The position numbers were made by a program, and so were the translations under genes. The notes beneath the pieces were generated by a model that had not been told where the DNA came from, made no database searches, and was given only the letters and a program-made list of their open reading frames with translations. This document shows, one piece after another, positions 53,447 through 64,000 of a stretch of DNA of 64,000 nt. The stretch's first letter is position 1. The number at the start of each line of letters is the position of its first letter. Source of the DNA: Octopus vulgaris (taxonomy: Eukaryota); the NCBI GenBank assembly GCA_951406725.2, contig OX597825.1, forward strand, positions 73,904,001 through 73,968,000, read 5' to 3'.

Positions 53447-53605
53447 CAGGAGTTGCTGTGTGGTAAGAAGCTTGCTTCCCATCCACATGGTTTTGGGTTC
53501 AGTCCCACCACTTGGCACTTTGGGTGTGTTCCCTATAGCTTCGGGTCGACGAATGTCTTGTGAGTGGATTTGACATACGGGAACTGAAAGAATCCCATCG
53601 CATAT
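53447..53605 (+). mobile_element. SINE family B left arm
   Basis: caggagttgctgtgtggtaagaagcttgc...gggttcagtccca...gtgagtggattt. Confidence 0.75.
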
Positions 53606-53946
53606 ATATAGATTCAAATGAATATGGTACTTAATTTAGATGCACCAGAATTCTGTATGATGTTATCCATAAAAATCCGTGAGGTGGGTGATTATAATCA
53701 AAATAAGCAACAAGAATGACTCCGGTAACTTGGTACGATCGTTTCGTACTACATCATTTTATTAAATGTTGTAAGCATTACAACAGTTTTAAATTTCTGA
53801 GCACTCATTAGCCAATTATAGAGGTTTTCCATTAATACAAAAATTTTCATATCAAGTGGCAACATTATAGAGAAGGTAGATATATAGACAAAGATGTGGA
53901 TTTAAATTTTAAGAACATTTGAGATAGTGGAACCCATCAGCTGACT

Positions 53947-54004
<58 letters not shown>

Positions 54005-54031
54005 GGGATAAATATTATTTCTTGGAATTAA

Positions 54032-54259
54032 TCCATTAAGTCCCAGAGTACTTAGATTTCTGAATATTACTTTTAAAATGTTTACAGATGATTGAAAATA
54101 GGTTAAAATGAAAGGAAAAAAATATTATCAAAACTGCTTTACTTCAAGTAGAAATGGAAATACTCGGTGTCCTATAAATAGGACAGTGAGGCAATGTGAT
54201 ATAGCTTATTTAATGTTCTTATTTAGTGTCCTATTTATAGGACAGTGGGACTTAATGGG
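54032..54259. mobile_element. piggyBac-type MITE
   Basis: TTAA at both ends (54028-31 and 54260-63); TIR (t/c)ccattaagtccca / tgggacttaatggg; two subterminal palindromes tgtcctat(a/t)(a/t)ataggaca. Confidence 0.75.
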
Positions 54260-54426
54260 TTAATACGGCCTCTGTTGCTAATATATATCTAAAAACAACA
54301 AAGCAAAAACAGAGACGACCACACGTTATATAACGGAGTTGCGGCAATCGGTTTCTTCATTTATAATCAGAGCACCAATGCATTGTAATATGGCCCTACA
54401 TTTACACTGACACTAAATGTTTATTA

Positions 54427-54972
54427 TTGGGCTGTCCGGAAAGTTCGTGCCGATTTATAGTAGCTTACCTTTCGACTTATTTTAGAACATGGTTGAGTCT
54501 ATAAAATAGGATTTGACTACACCTCCATTTAGAGCACAGTTTAAGCTATCTTTTCGTGGAAGAAGGTTTATGTTTCTGTAACCTGTGTTAATTCTGTAAC
54601 CCTTTAAAATTGAAGATAAGAAAGTTCATTTTCGGCACTTGATGCTTTGGGAACCAGGCAAAAATTGCTGCAGCTCGGCTGGGATGTGTTACCCCACTCT
54701 CCATATTCCCCAGATATTGCTCCCTCGGATGTCTCTTCAGAATAGTCTTAATGGTAAAAATTCCTTGGATGACGTAAAATGATACCTTGAAGAATTGTTT
54801 GCCATGAAACCACCTCAATTCTGGGAAGAGTGTATTTTCAAGTTAAAGGAAAGATAGAGACGCATTGTGCAACAAAATGGTTCATATTTGGTTGATCAAA
54901 AATGTAGTGGCAAGTATTTATTGACTTTTTTCTTTCCTTTAAAAATCATCACGAACTTTCCGGACAACCCGA
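54427..54972 (+). mobile_element. Non-autonomous mariner deletion derivative (second copy)
   Basis: Same TIRs and same internal deletion junction as 2289-2843. Confidence 0.9.
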
Positions 54973-55579
54973 AATAAATACTCATAAACCGATTGTATGT
55001 ATTAATAACAAACACATGCTAAGTATGTTTGTTTTATGGCGCAAGTTTTTTCTTCAGTATGCGAAACTCCATCTGATGTATAGCTTTGGATAAATACTCT
55101 GGTGAAAATTTGAAAACTTTCAAGTGATTGAAAGGAATTTGACAAGATCTTAAGCCTTTTCTTAATTCCCCCTAGTTGGAAAAGTTCATAAACATCTATA
55201 TCTAACCACAGTGTTTATTATTTAAAACACGTCGATAGGTCGCAGGGAGAAGTGTTAAAGAGCTGAGGAGATGACCGACAAGCAGACATAAACGAAATCA
55301 ATTAACAAAAGTGTAGTAATATACCAATAATTATACTCGCTTGTATGAATTAATAGGTAAGTTACGTAAAAAATCCTAATGATGGGTAAATAACAAAATC
55401 GCACATAAATATATAGACGAAATGGCGCTTAATGAAGTTATACAAACCAACGTCCATTTATAAATTAAAGAGTATATATATATATATATATCTATATATG
55501 TGTGTGTGTATATGTATGTGTGTGTGTGTGTATGTGTATGTATGTAAGTCTGTGTGTGTGTGATGTATATATATATATG

Positions 55580-55636
<57 letters not shown>

Positions 55637-55977
55637 AGGCGCAATGAATATATGTATATATATATATACATATATATATGCATACGTATATAAATATATA
55701 CCTATCTATATGCACATACATGCATGTGTAAGTATGTATATCCGTGCATAAACATACTCAAACCCGCACATTTATATATATGCGTATGTAAACATTTTTT
55801 TATTTCTCTCTCTCACATACACACACATACATGCGCGCGCACACACACACACACACATACATATAGGAGGCAGCCAGAACTTTGAATAATTCTGACTGCC
55901 TCGTTTTTCTCAACATGCAATATACGTACACCACTTCAAACATTCTATATATATATATATATATCAGAGAGAGAGAG

Positions 55978-56040
<63 letters not shown>

Positions 56041-56159
56041 AATAAAAATGTTTATATACTCATATATATAAATGTGCGTGCTTGTGTATGTTTGTCTGTG
56101 TAACATTTTGTTTGTCACTGTTAGAACGCCTTGGTTCACAAAGGAACATCGTGATAAGA

Positions 56160-56625
<466 letters not shown>

Positions 56626-57174
56626 TCTGAAGATGAACCACACGTAGTGCAACAACCTTAAGCGCCATATACGACAACAGTCAAGGTCGCAGCTCCACCT
56701 CCACCTCCACCTCCACTTTCATTTACCGTAAAATGAGAACGGAAGATCAACATGTTACCCGATAAGTAAAATTGCTAGTAGAGGGTACGGCTGGGTTAAG
56801 ACGATCGATTATAATTATTGATCAACGCAGTAATAATTGAAGACAGCAGCTAGAATAAAATTCTCGAGACAGACATAACTACGAAGATCTAAATTTCTTT
56901 TCCAAATGGATCGTCGCCATCTCGTAAATTTTTTCCTTTCGCTTTTACTGCTTCTGTTGACTTAGACTTGATAGACGTTCCATCACATATCGCGATAATT
57001 ATAGGATTTTGCGTGGCATTCTTCTATCATTATGTCTTTCAAAGATAATAATTCCAGGGTTGCAACTTCTCGCAGAAATAGTCCGAAGAGAAGAATTCAA
57101 ATGATAGTGAAGAATCTCATATATGTCAGGGAAAAAAAATATATAAACCTTCTAATTATTTGCGACACACACAC

Positions 57175-57253
<79 letters not shown>

Positions 57254-58274
57254 TACACATACACACACACACATACATACAGTCGGGTTGAAGTTAGAGT
57301 ATTTTAAGCTTTATTTCTGCTGCTGATTGTTAATAACAGAGGAACGTTTAGAATTGTCTCCCTTGTTTATTCGACGAAATAATTATACTATTTAATCCTA
57401 TAATATTTTCTATGATTACAATATTTAACTCTACTGTGGTAGTTAATCTTTGGATTTAATCAAACGCAGCGGTTTGTTTCTAGCGGAAAATTTCAAGCAG
57501 CACTTAAAATCAGAGGAATTTGGTGTTAGTATCCGAAATCTTTTACTAGTTACTCATAGAGGAGAGAATTAATCGGAAAATGTTCCATGACTCCAATGAT
57601 CGTACGGAGAGAAAATGTAAACATTTGGTGCTTTAGCCCTTCATCATAAAGAATAAATACCAGCTCTGTAGTTTGTACTGGGGTTGCAATGCACTGCAAC
57701 AGAATAAGCTTCACTAAAGGTACTGAAGAACCAGATAGTTATGTAAAACAGAGCCCGAGGCAAGAGTTCATGACACTTGTCCAAGATGAAAGGCGAGACA
57801 ATGAACATGTATTAACTTCTGTTAATATTCAGTTAATATTTTTATTTATTATGAAATACTTATGAGTTAGAGGTCACGATAGCCAGATGAGCTAACCACG
57901 GTTTAGAACCACTTCTGTCTCTATTTAGAACAAGTGCCAACGAATCCAGGAGTTTGAATCGTGCTTAAAATCCCAAAGCAGCCAATCCTATGTATGTTTC
58001 TCACATCACTTTTGGCTTTGGAAGTGCTCATAAATCTACTAGAGAAAATACTAAAACACAATGAGGGTTTAGGAAAATAATGTAAAACCAGATTGAAACG
58101 AAGCAGCTGATTACGGAAAACCTATCACAAGACAATTAGAAATGAATATTGGAGGTATTATCTGAAATGGAAAAAAAAAAGCAAAGAAAAAAAAAAAAGA
58201 AGCAGAATTGGTAAAACAAAGATCGCTTACGTACTTACAAAGTGAAATAAATATTAGAAAGAGATATTTCACAT

Positions 58275-58545
58275 GGATCCGCTACAAAATTAAGTGACAA
58301 AACAAAATAAATGGCATTAATGCTTCAGTTGTGATAGTATTCTATAATGGATATCATGTAACTTGGTAAATAATTTAGTGAAGTGATAAATGACAGGAAG
58401 ACTGAACGATGAAACAAAACGCAAAAGGAAAACCGACTTTTTTATACTGATAATATATATAAAACAAGCTTTATATATCTTATAATACAGATGGTGTATT
58501 GATATCATCTATCTTATTTTGTCACTTAATTCTGTATGTGATGCA
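58275..58545. mobile_element. Putative Tc1/mariner-like MITE
   Basis: Inverted repeat tacaaaattaagtgacaaaa (58283-58302) / ttttgtcacttaattctgta (58517-58536). Confidence 0.45.
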
Positions 58546-58649
58546 TATTTAATTACATAGTGAAAAAAATAACATTATACTCATACAATGCATTTAAGTA
58601 AATGAGTTGTGTCGACACAGATTTTGTCCGCAATATAACAGTAGCCTTA

Positions 58650-59083
58650 AGGCGGTTAGCTGACAGAATCATTATCATACTGGGGTGAAATTAACTGACC
58701 CCTAACCCCGTCTTTACGTTCTGAGTTCAAATTTCGACTATGGTTTTCATCCTTTCGGGATCGGTAAAATAAGAGCCAAGCGTGTACTAGTGTCAATGTG
58801 ATCGACTTGCCCCTCCCACGCAATTGTTGGCCTCGTGACAAAATTTGAAACCTATTTCCTTACTACCCACAAGTGGCTAAACACAGAGGAGACAAACAAG
58901 GACAGACAAACGGATTAAGTCGATTACATCGACCCCAATGCGTTACTGGTACTTAATTTATCGACCCCGAAAGGATGAAAGGCAAAGTCGACCTCGGCGG
59001 AATTTGAACTCAGAACGTAACGGCAGACGAAATACCGCTCAGCATTTCGCCCGGCGTGCTAACGATTCTACCAGCTCGCCCCC
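58650..59083. mobile_element. Two family A SINEs tail-to-tail (+ 58650-58850, - 58851-59083)
   Basis: Opposite-orientation family A matches. Confidence 0.85.
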
Positions 59084-59271
59084 TTTTTTATGATAAATAT
59101 CCTTTCTCCTCATTCACTTTCAGCTTGTGTGGGAGACTGATGCGCGTAAATCCTGATAAATTGCTAAATAACAATGAAAGATTCTTTCCACACCTGAAGC
59201 TACCTAAAGAAACCTTGTAGTTCTAATCTACCAGCAGAGTAGAATACACGAATACATACAGTTTTTATATA

Positions 59272-59725
59272 TTCTTTTCTACTCTAGGCGCAAGGTCCGA
59301 AAATTTTGGGGAAGGGACCAGTCGGTCAGATCGACCCCAGTACGCAACTGGTACTTAATTTATCGACCCCAAAAAGATAAAAGACAATGTCGACCTCTGA
59401 AGAATGTGAACTCAGACCGTAAAGACACAAAATACTGCTACGCATTTCACCCGGCGTGCTAACGTTTCTGCCAGCTAGCCGCCTTATAGTCAGTGTATCT
59501 TAAAAGAATATAAGGTGAGGAGCTTACAGAATTGTTAACACTTTGGGAATAATGCTAAGCGGCATTTCTTGCGGTTGTATACATTCTGAATCCAGATTTC
59601 GCCAAGGTGGATTTAACTTTTCATCATTTCTGGATCAAATAAATAAGTACTAGCCGAGCATTTGTGCCGATGTGGTTGACAACACCGCTCCACTAAAACC
59701 TCAGGCCTTATGCCTATTGAAGAAC
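59272..59725. mobile_element. Two family A short-tail SINEs head-to-head (- 59272-59485, + 59514-59725)
   Basis: Family A matches. Confidence 0.75.
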
Positions 59726-60866
59726 AAAAATGAAAATTCTGATTCTGTTGAATGAATTCCAGATTCTGTTAAATCAACATTGTCTGTGATTCAGAAATAT
59801 CACATACGTTAGGAGTAATTGAATTGGGTGGATTTTCTCCAAATAATTTGTTGCTGTTGTTGTTGTTGTTGTTGAATATCCAACTTTTGAGAGTGAAAGC
59901 TAATGGAGTATAGACCGACAGCCGGAAGAGTGTGACTTATAGATATGCTGCTCGGAATATACCAGAGCGCCATCTAACCAAATACAAAGGGTCATAATTC
60001 ATACACTCAGTAGTTAATAGAATAGTTCAACTATGCACTGTGGTGTAGTGCGGCACACTGCGGCGCAGTACGGGGCAGTGCAGTGCAACCCCAACACAGA
60101 CAACAGAACCGGTACTTTATTCATCGACACCCAAACGATGAAAAGCGAAGATGACGTTTGTGGCATTTGACCATAAATTGCAGAGAGCCATACTTTATAC
60201 TGCAATCCGTCTCTCCATTGACAGATCTATTTCTGTTGATTTTGTTATTGTTGTTGTTGTTTATAGTATATATATTGTTATTTTGCTGCGGAGTTTTGGT
60301 CAGACCTGATAAACGTAAGTCTATAGAAGACAAGTATTGAACGGCACGACTAAGGTTAACTTGTTGCTCACAGATCTATTAATACAAATATCCTATAATT
60401 CGCTCGCCTAAGATAACTAAAGCACATATGCAATGACTTGGTTATCTTATGAGACGCAAAGTCGAAGTCTAGACTGTACAGTCTCATATTCAGATCTCTC
60501 GCGTTCCATTCTCTCCTATTACGTTCGCTGCAGGAATTTTGTTAATGTGAGAAACCAAAACTACAATGGGAAAGTGTAATTGTTATCAAATAAATGTATT
60601 TCAGATGAGGATTGCGCTTACTCATTCCACTCTAGTCTCTGTGCGCGAACAGCATCAAAAGAAAAATCAATAAAATCTGCATTGGCTGCCATGCTGGTTT
60701 TTCTCAATTGAAATTCATTAGAATGATATGTAATGAATTAATTAAAATAAGGTATTAGAAAATGAATGGTAAGTAACGCAGTTTATATGCAAAATCACAG
60801 CCATATGTACATACTCAGTCGTATACATGGAAGAGAATAATAGATGGAAACATTGTTACAGAGAAT

Positions 60867-60907
<41 letters not shown>

Positions 60908-61208
60908 ATGTACACATGTATGTATATACATATATGTTCATACATACATATATATATATATTTATATATCTATACATACATATATATATATATGTATATA
61001 CATATATATGTATGTATGTATACAGACACACGCACACACACACACACATATATATATGTATATATATGAACGTATGTATGTATCCGCACAGATGTTGATA
61101 AATTGGTAGTTCAGAGATACGAAGTAGGAAAATGGAAGGAAGGAAAAGCTGATGCTGAGATCAATAAAATCCACGTTAAGGAAGTCACCCATGAACATCT
61201 TATTGTGC

Positions 61209-61350
61209 AATAATAATAATAATAATAACAATAATAATAATCATGATAATAATAATAAAGATAATAATAATAATAATGATGATAATAATAATAAAAATAA
61301 TAATAATAATAATGATGATAATAATAATAAAGATAATAATAATAATAATG

Positions 61351-61384
<34 letters not shown>

Positions 61385-61451
61385 TGATAATAATAATAAA
61401 GATAATAATAATAATAATGATAATAATAATAATAAAGATAATAATAATAAC

Positions 61452-61517
<66 letters not shown>

Positions 61518-61569
61518 GATAATAATAATAAAGATAATAATAATAACAATAATAATGATATTGATAATG

Positions 61570-61606
<37 letters not shown>

Positions 61607-61620
61607 TAATAATAACAATA

Positions 61621-61669
<49 letters not shown>

Positions 61670-61767
61670 TAATAATAAAGATAATAATAATAATAACAAT
61701 AATAATAATAATGATAATGATAATAATAATAATACTATTAATAATAATAGTAATAATAATAATAATG

Positions 61768-61804
<37 letters not shown>

Positions 61805-61814
61805 TAATAATAAA
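61209..61814. repeat. Degenerate (AAT)n microsatellite
   Basis: Direct inspection. Confidence 0.95.
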
Positions 61815-62737
61815 GCTAAGTAACGCGCGCTTACATACGTATACGTATAAGCACACATACTTACATACACACATACATGCAAAGGTATACGTATATTTAT
61901 ATGTACACGTACAGATGCACAGACGAACACTCATATACGGGTGTACGCACAAACACACTCACACACACACATACATGCTCGCGTGCGCGCACACACATAT
62001 GCGAATGAACTACGTTGCTCCTTGTTAAGCATTTCTCTTAAAATATTAAAAACAGTTGCTCGTATGCAGAATGAAATCCTGGAATTTCTGGCAATCTATC
62101 AATTAGAATTAATTGTAACAACTGCCGTGCTACCACGTCAAATCAGTTGATTGAATTAGTTCGGTCACTAACCGAAAAACCTAACCAAATATATTGAATT
62201 ATTGCTTACATATATGATTCAACACATCATTCATAGGAAACATATTGAATTAGATAGGCATGTTTAGCTCTTGTTGAGGCCTTGTTGCATAAAATAGAGA
62301 GCGATTAAGCAAACAGAATACAATAGATAATATTATTAATGTTATTGGTTAGTGTCATCGATCTACGAAAGATGAATTAGATGTTATCTGCATGAACTGA
62401 CGTCAGTGCATAAGTACTGATACTGGATAAACACTAAATAAACTAATTAATTCTATGACCGTCTTTAGTGGATTGGTAGAAGACTTCGACCGTTGGACAA
62501 AATGGCGAACAACTCTTGGCTGTGGAAGTTCAAATAACATGAAGCATTTCTCATTCGGCTTTGCTTTTTTTATATTTTTCAATATCGATAAAATAGATCA
62601 CCTGTGAAGAACTGCAGGCAATTTAGCCCTATTTTTAACGATATTTCTGTTGAAACGCATTGCCTTTGTTCCAATAAACTGTTTAAAAAAGGAAGAATTT
62701 GGTAAAAATAACTTTATCGTTACTAAGCTGAGTAATA

Positions 62738-63865
62738 CAGTGAGGTGGCAGAATCGTTAGGACGCCGGGAAAAATGCTTAGCGATATTTAGTCCGTTTTT
62801 ACATTCAGAGTTCAAATTCTGCCGAGGTCGACTTTGCCTTTCATGCTTTCGGAGTCGATAAATTAAGTACCAGTTACGCACTGGGGTCGATGTAATCGAC
62901 TTAATCCGTTTTTCTGTCTTTGTTTGTCCTCTCTGTGTTTAGCCCCTTGTGGGTAGTAAAGAAATAGGTATTTAGCCTCTCTTTACATTCAGAGTTCAAA
63001 TTCCGCCGAGGGCGACTTTGCCTTTCATCCTTTGGTGGGTGGATAAATTAAGCGCTTGTTGATCGCTGGTGGCCTTGCTAGCCCTGTGCTAAGATTTGAA
63101 ACCATTATCAAGATGGTTAATGCAGCAAGTTTTCAAAATCGTTAGCGCGTCGGACAAAATACTTAGCGGCATATCTTACAGCTCTTTACGTACTGATCTC
63201 AAGTCCCGCTTAAAGCAACTGTACTTCTTCTTCCATTCGAGGTCGATAAAATAAAGTACCAAATTCCCTCCCCTCAAAAAATGGACCAGCATTAGAAAGA
63301 CATATTAAGCTGATTACCATATTTGCTTACAGTATTCCTGTTGAAATACATTGCCTTTGATTCAAATAAGTTTGGAGATGAAAAATTTAGTAAAATATTG
63401 TTATTATTAAAAGGCGGTGAGCTGGCAGAACCGCTAGCGCGCCTTGCGCCGAGCAAAGTGCTTAGCAGTATTTCGCCCGTCGCTACGTTCTGAGTTCAAA
63501 TGTCACCGAGGTCGATTTTGCCTTTCGTCCTTTCGGGGTCGATAAATTAAGTACTAGTGAAACACTGGGGGCGATGTAATCGACTAGCCCCCTTCCCCAA
63601 AATTTCAGGCCTCGTGCCTTTAGAAGAAAGGATTATTAAACTGATGGAAAGCGGCGAGCTGGTAGAATGTTCAGCACGCTGGACGAAATGCTTAGCGGTA
63701 TTTCACCTAATCGCTACGTTCTGAGTTCAAATTCCGCCGTGGTCGATTTTGGCTTTCATCCTTTCGGGATTGATAAATGAAGTACCAGTAAAACACTGGG
63801 GCCAATGTAATCGACTCATCCCCACCCACAAAATGGCTGCCCTTGTGGAAAAATTTGAAGCCATT
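62738..63865 (+). mobile_element. Cluster of co-oriented family A SINEs (62738-63110 dimer, 63125-63310, 63412-63635, 63651-63865)
   Basis: Repeated family A matches. Confidence 0.85.
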
Positions 63866-64000
63866 ATTAAGCTGTTGTTTAGTATTTACAATATCATGAT
63901 TTTTCATGGATGGTTTAATTTCAGAAGTCTGTCAAAAAAGAAGTTTGTGTTACAGAACCAGGAGCACCGCAAGATTGTGGTCCTGTGTCTATGTAGGTTA

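Overview
Eukaryotic, AT-rich, repeat-saturated non-coding DNA with one 100-N assembly gap (29541-29640). The SINE families and extreme microsatellite load are most consistent with an octopod cephalopod (Octopus) genome; that is inferred from repeat content and not proven. I found no intact host protein-coding gene, and nearly all ORF-track entries are microsatellite or SINE artefacts. The window holds dozens of tRNA-derived SINEs in at least four families (Meta-domain-like family A, CORE-like family B with an internal microsatellite, family C with three interchangeable 3' halves, and others). It also holds decayed non-LTR retrotransposon fragments (R4/Dong-like REL, CR1/L2-group, Tx1/L1-like), mariner deletion derivatives, a piggyBac-type MITE, Helitrons, a ~115-bp CCAAT-box minisatellite and a U6 snRNA copy fused to a SINE. 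The most striking theme is a set of short microsatellite-embedded elements carrying minimal hammerhead-ribozyme motifs, often as fold-back inverted duplications like Penelope-like element (PLE) pseudo-LTRs. One tRNA-headed SINE appears to carry such a hammerhead tail. A small ETS/NRF1/RFX motif cluster at ~3.2-3.3 kb may mark a promoter.
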